From the NCBI GenBank assembly GCA_041640635.1, contig JBEPZX010000001.1, positions 96,001-160,000 of the forward strand: a stretch of DNA of 64,000 nucleotides, written 5' to 3'. Of the stretch, positions 20,674 to 30,348 are shown piece by piece. This DNA is from Aquificaceae bacterium. Its GTDB lineage: Bacteria > Aquificota > Aquificia > Aquificales > Aquificaceae. The position numbers and the translations under genes were made by a program. The notes beneath the pieces are model-generated. The model was not told the origin of the DNA, searched no databases, and saw only the letters and a list, made by a program, of their open reading frames with translations. Every line of letters starts with the position of its first letter. The stretch's first letter is position 1.

Positions 20674-21519
20674 GTGGACATGTTAAAGCTACTTGCCTTT
20701 TTACTTTTTGGCTTCTTATCTTTGCAAGCTTTTGCGGAGCAACGTCTTTTAATCTTTGCCGGTGCTGCCAGTAAGCCACCTCTGGAAGAAGCTGCTAAAC
20801 TTTTCGAAAAGAAAACAGGTGTCAAAGTGGACATAACCTTTGGTGGCTCAGGTTACGTTCTATCCCAGATGATCCTAAGCAAAAAGGGAGACCTATACTT
20901 TCCAGGTTCATCAGACTATATGGAAGTAGCCAAAAGGCAAGGAGTAGTATATCCAGAAACAGAAAGGTATGTGGTGTATCTTGCACCAACAATCAACGTG
21001 CAAAAGGGAAACCCAAAGAACATAAAAACGCTAAAAGACCTTACAAGACCTGGTATAAGAGTCGCCATCGCCAATCCTGAAGGTGTGTGTGTTGGAGCTT
21101 ACGCTGTGGAGATAATCGAAAGGCACTTTACACCGGAAGAAAAGGAGCGCTTCAGAAAGAATTTAGTCAACTACACCGAAAGCTGCGAAAAAACGGCAAC
21201 GGTGGTATCCCTAAAAGCGGTAGATGCTGTCATAGGGTGGCATGTATTCGAGTCCTGGGATCCGCAAAACATAGAGAACGTCCCATTGAAAAAATCGGAA
21301 ATCATTCGTGTGGGTTACATACCCATAGCTGTGTCTAAGTTCACAACCAACAGAGAACTGGCGCAAAGGTTTATAAACTTTTTGCTATCTAAGGAAGGTC
21401 AAGACATTTTCAAAAAGTATCAGTACTTTGCAACTCCAGAGGAAGCTTTTGCTTGGATAGGTGAGAAAAAACCAGTAGGTGGTGAGTATGTAGTGCCAGC
21501 GGACTGGATTAAGAGATGA
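20674..21519 (+). CDS. modA: Molybdate/tungstate ABC transporter substrate-binding protein
   Basis: Signal peptide, FAGAAS, FGGSG, IANPE; follows moaA. Confidence 0.85.
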   Translation: MDMLKLLAFLLFGFLSLQAFAEQRLLIFAGAASKPPLEEAAKLFEKKTGVKVDITFGGSGYVLSQMILSKKGDLYFPGSSDYMEVAKRQGVVYPETERYVVYLAPTINVQKGNPKNIKTLKDLTRPGIRVAIANPEGVCVGAYAVEIIERHFTPEEKERFRKNLVNYTESCEKTATVVSLKAVDAVIGWHVFESWDPQNIENVPLKKSEIIRVGYIPIAVSKFTTNRELAQRFINFLLSKEGQDIFKKYQYFATPEEAFAWIGEKKPVGGEYVVPADWIKR

Positions 21520-22295
21520 GCTTTAAAGCTCTTTGTATAGCTTTTGCTTTTTCCATTTTTTTGTTCTATGTGGGACTGACTTTGTCCCTTTTTTACTTTT
21601 TCGAAGGTGAGACATTTCTTGAAACCCTTCTTTCAGAGAGAACCTTGTTTTCCATAAAGATAAGTCTTTTGGCGGCTACTGTTGCCACCATCACCTCTGT
21701 TATCCTTGCCTTACCTGCCGCTTACGCTCTTTCGAGGTTTGAGTTTAAAGGTAAATACATTGTGGATACTATACTGGAACTTCCCATGGTTGTTTCTCCA
21801 TCCGCTATAGGTGCCATGCTTCTCATATTTTTCAGTAACCCTTTGGGGTCTTGGATTCAGGAAAATTACATCCAGGTAGTTTTTACCTTTTACGGTATAA
21901 TCGTTGCACAATTTGTAACTACATTGGGTATTGCTACTAGGTTGATCAAAGCATCCATGGACGAAATACCCACAAGGTTTGAAAGCGTGGCTCAGTCCTT
22001 GGGAGTTTCACCTTTTAAGGTTTTTTTGACTGTCACTTTACCCCTTTCCAAAAAGGGGATAGTAGCTGCATCCATACTCACGTGGGCAAAGGCTATAGGA
22101 GAGTTTGGAGCCACTATCACTTTGGCTGGTTCTATGGCAATGAAGACAGAAACGCTCCCTATAGCCATCTTTATGAGGCTAGCAACGGCGGATATAGAAG
22201 GCACAGTGGCGCTTATTTTGATCCTAATATCCGTGGGACTTTTTACCTTATACGGTGTTAGATTACTAACAAAGAAAGACTACACCTATGATTGA
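21516..22295 (+). CDS. modB: Molybdate ABC transporter permease
   Basis: LPMVVSP, WAKAIGEFGAT, TETLPIAI. Confidence 0.88.
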   Translation: MSFKALCIAFAFSIFLFYVGLTLSLFYFFEGETFLETLLSERTLFSIKISLLAATVATITSVILALPAAYALSRFEFKGKYIVDTILELPMVVSPSAIGAMLLIFFSNPLGSWIQENYIQVVFTFYGIIVAQFVTTLGIATRLIKASMDEIPTRFESVAQSLGVSPFKVFLTVTLPLSKKGIVAASILTWAKAIGEFGATITLAGSMAMKTETLPIAIFMRLATADIEGTVALILILISVGLFTLYGVRLLTKKDYTYD

Positions 22296-23376
22296 ACTAA
22301 GGGAGATCACCGTAGAAGTCAGAGGTCAACCTTTGATAAAGGACGTGTCTCTGGACATTCAAACACCATCCTTTCACTGCCTGATTGGACCTACCGGATG
22401 CGGAAAAACTACACTGTTGGAAACAATTGTGGGACTAAGAAAAGTAAAAAAAGGAAAGATACTTTTGGATGGAAAAGATATAACTCACTTGCCCACATAC
22501 CTTAGAGGCTTTGCCTATGTGCCCCAAGACGCTGCCCTTTTCCCACATCTCACCGTAGAAGAAAACATCATGTATGGTATAAGGCACGGATCTGTTTCTG
22601 ACAAGCAAAGCCGATACAAAGTTGCTATGGAAATTGTAGAGATCTTGGGTATTTCTCACTTGCTCAAAAGAAAAGCCGTAAACCTTAGCGGAGGTGAACG
22701 TCAAAGGGTAGCATTAGCCCGTGCTTTGGCTCCAGGTTATAAATACATACTCTTAGATGAACCGCTATCCGCACTACATAAAGGAATGAAAAAAGAGCTT
22801 TGGTTTTTACTTAAGGATTTACAAAAAAGGTATAACCTTACCTTTTTGATGGTTAGCCATGACTTGGAGGAAGCTTTCTTTTTGGCGGATACCATCAGCG
22901 TTATGATAGATGGCAGGATACACCAAACGGGTACTAAGGAAAGCATATACAGCAAGCCTAAGACAGAAGAAGTGGCACGCTTTTTGGGTATTAAAAACAT
23001 CTTCAGCGCACAAATAACAAAGGTGGATAGCAATCGGGTTTCTGTTTACTGTCCTGAACTTTCCCAAACTTTTACCTTGCCTTGTGAAAAAAGCCTTTTG
23101 AATAACACTTTTGTGAAAATAGGGATACATCCCGAAAGTGTAAAAGTAGAAAAGGATACTGTTCAAGAAAACGGAAAAAAGCTGAGTGGAAAAGTAGAAA
23201 GGATTTTTGAGAAGGCGTCTTCTTACTTGGTTGTTTTTAGACCTTACAATTCAAGGGTAACAATGGAGGTGGAAATTCCCAGTATGGAGTATAAGGAGCT
23301 TGGTATTGGCGAGGGTTCCCATGTATCTTTAGTCTTAAAGGAAAGTTCCATTTTCCTGCTTGATGGTTCGCAATAA
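22288..23376 (+). CDS. modC: Molybdate ABC transporter ATP-binding protein with TOBE domain
   Basis: GPTGCGKT, LSGGERQR, DEPLSAL. Confidence 0.85.
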   Translation: MIELREITVEVRGQPLIKDVSLDIQTPSFHCLIGPTGCGKTTLLETIVGLRKVKKGKILLDGKDITHLPTYLRGFAYVPQDAALFPHLTVEENIMYGIRHGSVSDKQSRYKVAMEIVEILGISHLLKRKAVNLSGGERQRVALARALAPGYKYILLDEPLSALHKGMKKELWFLLKDLQKRYNLTFLMVSHDLEEAFFLADTISVMIDGRIHQTGTKESIYSKPKTEEVARFLGIKNIFSAQITKVDSNRVSVYCPELSQTFTLPCEKSLLNNTFVKIGIHPESVKVEKDTVQENGKKLSGKVERIFEKASSYLVVFRPYNSRVTMEVEIPSMEYKELGIGEGSHVSLVLKESSIFLLDGSQ

Positions 23377-23385
23377 AATACACTT

Positions 23386-24318
23386 ATGAACCCTTACAGC
23401 CTAATTGTAAAGCTTAGAAACTTTTTATACGATAAAGAAATACTTAAAAGCTTTAAGCTTGATATTCCAGTTATAAGCGTGGGTAACCTGTCTGTAGGTG
23501 GAAGCGGTAAGTCCTCTCTGGTTACCTTTTTAGCAAAACACTTTCAAAACTTTTTGCATGTATGTGTTCTTTCAAGGGGATACAGAAGAAAGACAAAAGG
23601 AACTTTTTTGGTTTCTTACAAAGGTAATATCAAATGCTCTTGGCAAGAAAGCGGAGATGAGCCCTATATGATGGCTACTCTTTTGAAAAAATCCAGCGTG
23701 GTTGTAGATGAGGACAGATACAGGGGAGGCGTTTTCGCTTTTGAAAAACTCGGAGCGGATATCATTATACTGGATGATGGATTTCAACACAGAAGACTTA
23801 AAAGGGACGTGGATATCGTAGTTTTAAAGCAAAGAGACCTAAAGGATAAACTTTTACCTTTTGGGAGACTGAGGGAACCGCTTTCTTCTTTAAAACGTGC
23901 TCACTGCATTGTTTTGTCATATCAAGACGTTACGCAATGGGATATGCATTTGGGTAAACCTACATTTAAGATGTGGAGGGAAAATTGGAGAGTTTTAGAT
24001 GCTTTTGGAAATGAAGTAAACCCAAAAGGTATGAAGTTTGTGGCTTTTGCGGGACTTGGGGACAATGAACAGTTTTTCCAAACCCTTGAAAAACTCGGTA
24101 TAGAGCTAATTCAAAAAATAAGCCTTCCAGACCATTACGACTACCAAAACTTTACCCTTTCACCTGGAAAAAACTACATCACCACGCTTAAGGACTTTAT
24201 TAAACTTCCCCGTAAAGAAAATCTCTTTTACTTAGACTTCGATGTAAAGGTAGAAGGCTTGATGGATTTCATCGAAAGCAAACTAAGATACACAAGAAAC
24301 AATTTCAAGACTCTCTAA
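23386..24318 (+). CDS. lpxK: Tetraacyldisaccharide 4'-kinase
   Basis: VGNLSVGGSGKS, SRGY, DDGFQH, GRLREP. Confidence 0.94.
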   Translation: MNPYSLIVKLRNFLYDKEILKSFKLDIPVISVGNLSVGGSGKSSLVTFLAKHFQNFLHVCVLSRGYRRKTKGTFLVSYKGNIKCSWQESGDEPYMMATLLKKSSVVVDEDRYRGGVFAFEKLGADIIILDDGFQHRRLKRDVDIVVLKQRDLKDKLLPFGRLREPLSSLKRAHCIVLSYQDVTQWDMHLGKPTFKMWRENWRVLDAFGNEVNPKGMKFVAFAGLGDNEQFFQTLEKLGIELIQKISLPDHYDYQNFTLSPGKNYITTLKDFIKLPRKENLFYLDFDVKVEGLMDFIESKLRYTRNNFKTL

Positions 24319-25536
24319 ACGCACATTAACCACCTTCCCAGGTTTTTCGTCAATGGATAAGTTAAGCTGTATGTAGTTCTCCGTTAATACTTTATCTTCT
24401 GTTAACACGGTGGCTCTCAGCGTTTGATTTAGGTTCTTTTCGTAAAACTCTTCCCTTTTCCTTTTGTCTAGTTCTTTTAGTATATGAACACGTTGCTTTT
24501 TCACCTTTTCTGGAACCTTTGGATTTAGCTTGCTTGCTTTTGTGTTTGGTCTATCTGAGTATGGGAAAATGTGCAAGTAACCTAAAGGTAAGTCCTTTAT
24601 TAAGTTGTAAGTTTGTTCAAAGTCTTCTTGGCTTTCCGTAGGGAAGCCTACTATTACGTCTGTGCCTATATTGGCTAATGGTCTTTTGCTTAGTATTTTG
24701 TCAATTAAGGATACGTAATCCTTTACCGTGTATCTTCTATCCATCAATTTTAAAATCCTGTCTGAACCACTTTGTAGGGATAAATGGAAGTGGGGAGCTA
24801 TTTTTTCTTCAGATACAATAAGCTCCAAAAGGTTTGCATCTATTTCCGAAGGATAAAGGGATGAAAGCCTTATAAGTTTTAGCCCTTCTATCTTGACAAG
24901 CTCTTTAAGTAAGTTATAAAGACTTGTGTTTATATCCCATCCATACTGTGTAAGCTGTGTCCCGCTTAAAACGATTTCTTCAAACCCCAAGGAAGCTAAG
25001 GCTTTTGCTTCTTCCACAACTTTTTCCATAGGAACGCTTCTACACTTTCCCCTCGCGAAAGGAATAACACAGAAGGTGCAAAACTTATTGCAACCTTCCT
25101 GCACCTTTAGGAAAGGTCTCGATTTTTCAAAGTAAGTTACCAAATCAAATTCCACGTTTGGCATTCTGAATACTTCACCCACGTATACTTTACCCGTTTT
25201 TCTTTCCATGTATTCTTCGAGTATCTGGATTATTTGGTGTTTGTGAGTGTTCCCTATCACCAAATCTGCCGTATGGGCTAGTTGGTTGGGATTTGTTTGT
25301 GCATAACAGCCTGTGGCTACAACGATGGCGTTTTTATTTCTTCTTTTTGCTTGGTATATGGCTTGTCGTGAAGACCTATCAGCTCCATGGGTAACTGTGC
25401 AGGTGTTTATTATATAAACATCTGCCACATCTTCAAACTCTACCAACTTGTAACCTTTTTCCATAAACTTTTGCGCCATCAATTGGGTATCAAAGACGTT
25501 GCTCCTGCAACCTAAGGTAAAAAAGGACACTTTCAT
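24283..25536 (-). CDS. mtaB: tRNA t6A37 methylthiotransferase
   Basis: TLGCRSN, INTCTVT, GCYAQ, CNKFCTFC, HIFPYSDR. Confidence 0.9.
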   Translation of the reverse strand: MKVSFFTLGCRSNVFDTQLMAQKFMEKGYKLVEFEDVADVYIINTCTVTHGADRSSRQAIYQAKRRNKNAIVVATGCYAQTNPNQLAHTADLVIGNTHKHQIIQILEEYMERKTGKVYVGEVFRMPNVEFDLVTYFEKSRPFLKVQEGCNKFCTFCVIPFARGKCRSVPMEKVVEEAKALASLGFEEIVLSGTQLTQYGWDINTSLYNLLKELVKIEGLKLIRLSSLYPSEIDANLLELIVSEEKIAPHFHLSLQSGSDRILKLMDRRYTVKDYVSLIDKILSKRPLANIGTDVIVGFPTESQEDFEQTYNLIKDLPLGYLHIFPYSDRPNTKASKLNPKVPEKVKKQRVHILKELDKRKREEFYEKNLNQTLRATVLTEDKVLTENYIQLNLSIDEKPGKVVNVRLESLEIVSCVS

Positions 25537-25561
25537 GGAATTACAAAATATAATTAAAAGT

Positions 25562-26392
25562 ATGGAATTTGCAAAGCTTCAAGGCTCGGGCAACGATTTT
25601 ATAGTTATAGACAACAGGGATGCAAAGGTGGAAAGGTTCTTGGAAAAAAAAGGTATTAGCATTAAGGATTTTGTAGTGAAGCTCTGCGCTTTTCATACAG
25701 GTATAGGAGCCGATGGATTGATTCTTATAGAGAATCCAGAAAATACCGAAAATCATTTTAAGTGGCGTTTCTTTAATTCGGACGGCTCGGTTGCCGAAAT
25801 GTGTGGCAATGGCTCTCGGTGTGCTGTAAGGTTTGCTTACCAAATGGGTATATGTCCAGAGGAAGCAAGGTTTGAAACATTGGCTGGGGTTATTAAGGCT
25901 ACCGTAAAGGAAGGAGGGAAGCGTGTAAAGGTTAAGCTCACTAAACCTCATGGACAAAGAGAGTTGAGTTTAGAAGTAGACGGTAATGTATTTAATGGGT
26001 TCTTTTTAAACACAGGTGTTCCACACTTTGTGAGTGTAGTTGAAGATTTGGAAAGCTTAGATGTGGTTAAGTACGGAAGAGCTATAAGATTTCACAAGGC
26101 TTTTGAACCTAAAGGTAGTAACGTAAACTTTATAAAAGTTGAGGACGAAAAATCTGTAAAAATTAGGACTTACGAGAGGGGAGTAGAGAGCGAAACATTG
26201 GCTTGTGGAACTGGAGCCACAGCATCCGCTATAGTTGCTTTCTTAGCTGGACTTGTAAAACAAAAACCTGTGCAAGTTAAAACAAAAGGTGGAGAGGTGT
26301 TAAGTATAGACTTTGATGAGAGCTTAGAAGAGGTTTACTTGGAAGGTGATGTGTATTGGGTTTTTGATGGATACTTGAGAGAAATTGTATGA
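25562..26392 (+). CDS. dapF: Diaminopimelate epimerase (start ATG 25562; track start 25499 overlaps mtaB)
   Basis: GSGNDF, EMCGNGSRC, GVPH, ERGVESETLACGTG. Confidence 0.95.
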   Translation: MEFAKLQGSGNDFIVIDNRDAKVERFLEKKGISIKDFVVKLCAFHTGIGADGLILIENPENTENHFKWRFFNSDGSVAEMCGNGSRCAVRFAYQMGICPEEARFETLAGVIKATVKEGGKRVKVKLTKPHGQRELSLEVDGNVFNGFFLNTGVPHFVSVVEDLESLDVVKYGRAIRFHKAFEPKGSNVNFIKVEDEKSVKIRTYERGVESETLACGTGATASAIVAFLAGLVKQKPVQVKTKGGEVLSIDFDESLEEVYLEGDVYWVFDGYLREIV

Positions 26393-26793
26393 GAATTTTG
26401 TTTTTGTGTACTGGAAACTCTGCAAGAAGTCAGATGGCTGAGGCTTTGACAAAGCAGATGGCTAAAGAGCGTCAACTTGAACTTGAAGTTTGGTCCGCCG
26501 GTTCTAAACCAGCGGGTTACGTGCACCCTTTAGCTATACAGGCGATGAAAGAGCTGGGAATAGACATATCCCATTACAGATCCAAAGGTTTGGACCAAGT
26601 GTCTCAGGATGTGGACTTGGTAATTACCTTATGTGATTCGGCAGCCCAAGAGTGTCCCTACATACCAGGTGCAAAAACAGTTCACATAGGCTTTCCAGAT
26701 CCTGCTGAAGAAAACACCCTTGAAGCCTTCAGAAAAGTAAGGGACCAGATAAAGCAAACCCTTGAGAATTTGATGGATAGCCTTTTGAGATGA
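26389..26793 (+). CDS. arsC: Thioredoxin-dependent arsenate reductase (LMW-PTP fold)
   Basis: CTGNSARSQMAE, TLCD..A.ECP, DPA. Confidence 0.85.
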   Translation: MRILFLCTGNSARSQMAEALTKQMAKERQLELEVWSAGSKPAGYVHPLAIQAMKELGIDISHYRSKGLDQVSQDVDLVITLCDSAAQECPYIPGAKTVHIGFPDPAEENTLEAFRKVRDQIKQTLENLMDSLLR

Positions 26794-26999
26794 AAGGTAA
26801 AGACTTTTTTGCTTTGAATGTAGGCTTAAATATTGTAGGAGGTGTGGTCGCTGGGATTTTGGTAGGTTTTGCCTTCGATCTTTGGCTTATGGAAGGTCTT
26901 TTTAGGATAAAAACCTTTCCCTTTGGTATGCTTTTCTTCTTTGTCATAGGTATAATCTCAGGCTTTAGAAACGCTTACAGGGACCTAAAGAAATTATGA
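26790..26999 (+). CDS. AtpZ/AtpI family small membrane protein
   Basis: Two TM helices, G..FD..., GIISGFRN signature. Confidence 0.75.
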   Translation: MKGKDFFALNVGLNIVGGVVAGILVGFAFDLWLMEGLFRIKTFPFGMLFFFVIGIISGFRNAYRDLKKL

Positions 27000-27625
27000 G
27001 TGTGGATATTCAAAGCAAGGTTCAAGAGATTATAAAAAGGTTGGAACAGGTGTATCCAAACAAAATAGAACTGGAGTTTTCTACAGACTTTGAGCTTTTG
27101 ATAGCTATCATTTTGTCAGCGCAAACAACGGACAAAAAAACCAACCAGGTGACAAAGAAGCTCTTTAGTGTGTATAAAACACCTCAGGACTTTGCCAATG
27201 CTTCCCTTGAGGCAATTCGAGAACTTATAAAGAGTATAAACTACTCTCGCAGAAAATCCCAGTTCATAAAAGAAGTAAGCAAAAAAATAGTGGAACTTGG
27301 ATATATTCCAAAAAGCATAGACAAACTTGTAGAGTTTCCCGGTATTGGAAGAAAGTCAGCTGCTATGTTTTTATACAACGCATACAGAATCAACGAAGGT
27401 ATAGCTGTAGACACACACGTAAAAAGGGTTGCCAATAGACTAGGACTTTCCAAATCAGAAACACCTCAGGCTATAGAAGAGGATTTGATGAAAATTACAC
27501 CTCAGCAAGATTGGGGAAAGCTATCCAACCTGTTAATCTTACACGGTCGTTATACATGCACAGCTAATAAACCCAAGTGTAATGTGTGCCTTTTGAGGGA
27601 TATGTGCCCATACTATGGTGCTTAA
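26996..27625 (+). CDS. nth: Endonuclease III, paralog 2
   Basis: LSAQTTD, PGIGRKSA, VDTHVKR, C-x6-C-x2-C-x5-C. Confidence 0.9.
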   Translation: MSVDIQSKVQEIIKRLEQVYPNKIELEFSTDFELLIAIILSAQTTDKKTNQVTKKLFSVYKTPQDFANASLEAIRELIKSINYSRRKSQFIKEVSKKIVELGYIPKSIDKLVEFPGIGRKSAAMFLYNAYRINEGIAVDTHVKRVANRLGLSKSETPQAIEEDLMKITPQQDWGKLSNLLILHGRYTCTANKPKCNVCLLRDMCPYYGA

Positions 27626-28364
27626 AAAGTGGTACGGTCAGCACCTTCTACTTTCAAAAGGTGTAATATCCAAAATAGCCCAAGAAGCATATTTCACACC
27701 GGAAGATATCGTTGTAGAGATAGGTCCGGGAACGGGAAATTTAACGGAGGAAATTTTGAAATACCCTATAAAGCAGCTTCATCTGATAGAAATAGACAAG
27801 GACATGGTAGAGGTTCTCAATAAAAACATAAAGGATGATAGAGTTTTTATTTACAATCAGGATGCAACCAAGTTTAATTTATGTAGCATAGGAAAACAGA
27901 TAAAGGTTGTGGGTAATCTACCTTACAACGTAGCAAGCTTGATAATAGAAAATGTAATCTTTCATAAGGAATGTGTGATAGTGGCTTTGTTTATGGTTCA
28001 AAAAGAAGTAGCTCAAAAGATCCAGAAAGGTCCTTCCTGGCTTTCCACCTTTGTCAGAACCTTTTACAGCGTAGACTACATTATGAGCGTGCCAGCCAAG
28101 TTTTTTGTTCCTCCACCGAAGGTTCAATCAGCTCTAATAAAGCTTTCACGTCTTACACAAGCACCCAACTTTGACCTAAAAGCCTACAAAAGCTTTCTTA
28201 CAAGGATTTACGCCAACAAAAGGAAAGCACTGAAAAACAAAGTGGATATTGAGATACTCAAGCGTTTAAACATAGATCCTATGCAAAGGGTTGACCAACT
28301 ATCCTTGGATCAAGTTAAGGACTTATTTTTGGAACATGGGAAAACATTTAAGGCGGAAGTATAA
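27615..28364 (+). CDS. rsmA: 16S rRNA m6(2)A dimethyltransferase
   Basis: GQH, EIGPG.G, GNLPY, MVQKEVA, F.PPPKV.S. Confidence 0.95.
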   Translation: MVLKKWYGQHLLLSKGVISKIAQEAYFTPEDIVVEIGPGTGNLTEEILKYPIKQLHLIEIDKDMVEVLNKNIKDDRVFIYNQDATKFNLCSIGKQIKVVGNLPYNVASLIIENVIFHKECVIVALFMVQKEVAQKIQKGPSWLSTFVRTFYSVDYIMSVPAKFFVPPPKVQSALIKLSRLTQAPNFDLKAYKSFLTRIYANKRKALKNKVDIEILKRLNIDPMQRVDQLSLDQVKDLFLEHGKTFKAEV

Positions 28365-28380
28365 ACCAGTTTGCCGCTGG

Positions 28381-28424
28381 CTTAACCAATTTTTAACTAA
28401 TACTTAACTTCTTTTTAACACTTA
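28381..28424 (+). promoter_or_regulatory. Four tandem 11-bp direct repeats (YTTAAC), Pho-box-like
   Basis: TTAAC at 28382, 28393, 28404 and 28415, directly upstream of phoX. Confidence 0.7.
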
Positions 28425-28457
28425 AAGCTTAGATTTTCATTTCAGGAGGGTGACCAA

Positions 28458-30323
28458 ATGAGACTTGCGTTGCTGAGCGCCATACTAAGCTTGGGTGTAA
28501 TTGCCATGCCCAGTAGCTATGCAAAAGAGACACAAAAGCAAAAATCCAAAAACCAAGTGGTAAAGGTTGAATTTACTCCAACACCTGCACCAAAGGATAT
28601 AGACAAAATAACGAGCGTTTACACAGAATCAAAGATAAGGTTTGTATACTCTAACGGAAAGGTAAAGGAGTATCCCTTGCAGTATAACGTCCTGTTTAGC
28701 GTATTGGATAGGGTAGGTAACAATCCCTTTGCCGCTGGACAAGCTCTCAACTACAAGATGGAACCCATAAAAGACCCTCACGGAAAGGATGTAATATTTG
28801 AAACGCCTGATGCCAATAGCCTTCTTAAGGTAGGAAACAAAATCTTTTTGGTCACCCACTACGAGTACGATTGGTTGCTTTCCAATGGAGAGGAAGGCAA
28901 GAAATCAAAGGGTTGGTACACAAGAGTTCCATCTCCACTTACCCTAACTGAACTGAAACAAGACAGAAAAACCGGAAAGCTTTTTGCGGTTAATCAGAAA
29001 CATATAGACACTTCAAAAGCAAAGGGAGTTTGGATAACGTGCTTTGGTTCTCAAACTCCATGGAACACTCACTTGGGCGGAGAGGAAGACTATGATCTTT
29101 TACACAATCCTCTCTCTCCTAATTATGAAAAGAAAACCATCGCAGGCTTAAAAGCTATAACCGATCTGTACTTCAAAGGTGAGAAGCAAGCGAATCCATA
29201 TCACTACGGAAGAATTTTTGAGGTTTTTGTAAAGAAGGATGGCTCTTACACTATAAAAAAGCACTACGCTATGGGAAGGGGAACCTTTGAACATGCAATA
29301 GTTATGCCAGATGGGAAAACAGCTTATTTTGGTGATGATGGAACTTACACCATGCTCTTGATGTTTGTGGCAGACAAATCTGGAAATTTGTCCTCTGGAA
29401 CTTTGTATGCTGCCAAGTGGATACAAGAATCGGCAGAGAATGGTGGAAGGGCAAGACTTGAGTGGATTAAGCTTGGGCATGCAAACAACGATGAGGTACT
29501 AAGGCTTATAGAATCTGGAATAAGCTTTGATGACATATGGGATAACGCTCCTTTTGATAAGAACACAAAGTCCTGTCCAGTCGGCTACAAGCACATTAGA
29601 GCGGGATCAAGCTTCGATGAGTGTTTAAAACTAAAACCAGGTATGGAAAAAGCGGCGGCTTTCTTGGAAACAAGGCGATACGCAGCTTACTTAGGAGCAA
29701 CCACAGAATTTGAAAAAATGGAAGGTATAAGCTTTAACGCAAAGGATAAGAAGTTATATATAGCTATGAGTTACATAGAGAATGGGATGCTGGACCAAAA
29801 AGATGAACCAGCAAATCATATAGCTCTGCCAAAGCTCAAAGCTGGCGCTGTGTATACTTTAGACTTAGGCAAGGACAAAGTCATAGGTTCTGGTTGGGTA
29901 GCAAAAAATATGTATGTTGAGTCTCCTCTCTTGCTTGGTAAGGACTTACCGAATCCTGACGAAAAGGGGAATACTGCAGATGAAGATCATATCGCAAATC
30001 CTGATAATCTCTTTTTCTCGGAGAGATTGCGCACCTTGTTTATTGGAGAGGACTCATCAAAGGGTCACGTAAATAACTACTTATGGGCTTACAATGTGGA
30101 TACAAAGGAGTTGGTGCGTATCTTATCTCTTCCAGCAGGAGCAGAAGCTACAGGGTTACAGGTTGTGGAAGATCTAAATGGTTACACCTATATATTAGCC
30201 AACAGCCAACACTGGGGAGACATACCGCAAACGGTACCAGATAGGCTCAAAGAAGACATATTGAAATCAATAAACAGGTTTTACGCACCAATTGGTTACA
30301 TAGGACCAATACCTAAGTTTTGA
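28458..30323 (+). CDS. phoX: PhoX family (DUF839) alkaline phosphatase
   Basis: Signal peptide, C.GSQTPWNTHL..EE, GR..FE, GDD, K.EG, NPDN, IGED, GAEATG, N.QH. Confidence 0.85.
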   Translation: MRLALLSAILSLGVIAMPSSYAKETQKQKSKNQVVKVEFTPTPAPKDIDKITSVYTESKIRFVYSNGKVKEYPLQYNVLFSVLDRVGNNPFAAGQALNYKMEPIKDPHGKDVIFETPDANSLLKVGNKIFLVTHYEYDWLLSNGEEGKKSKGWYTRVPSPLTLTELKQDRKTGKLFAVNQKHIDTSKAKGVWITCFGSQTPWNTHLGGEEDYDLLHNPLSPNYEKKTIAGLKAITDLYFKGEKQANPYHYGRIFEVFVKKDGSYTIKKHYAMGRGTFEHAIVMPDGKTAYFGDDGTYTMLLMFVADKSGNLSSGTLYAAKWIQESAENGGRARLEWIKLGHANNDEVLRLIESGISFDDIWDNAPFDKNTKSCPVGYKHIRAGSSFDECLKLKPGMEKAAAFLETRRYAAYLGATTEFEKMEGISFNAKDKKLYIAMSYIENGMLDQKDEPANHIALPKLKAGAVYTLDLGKDKVIGSGWVAKNMYVESPLLLGKDLPNPDEKGNTADEDHIANPDNLFFSERLRTLFIGEDSSKGHVNNYLWAYNVDTKELVRILSLPAGAEATGLQVVEDLNGYTYILANSQHWGDIPQTVPDRLKEDILKSINRFYAPIGYIGPIPKF

Positions 30324-30348
30324 GGGTTAAATGTTAGTAGGTGCGAAT

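Noticed and set aside
28381..28424. Repeats considered as a CRISPR array or VNTR
   Set aside because: Unit is 11 bp with only a 5-6 bp conserved core, and no spacers or cas genes are present; better explained as regulator sites
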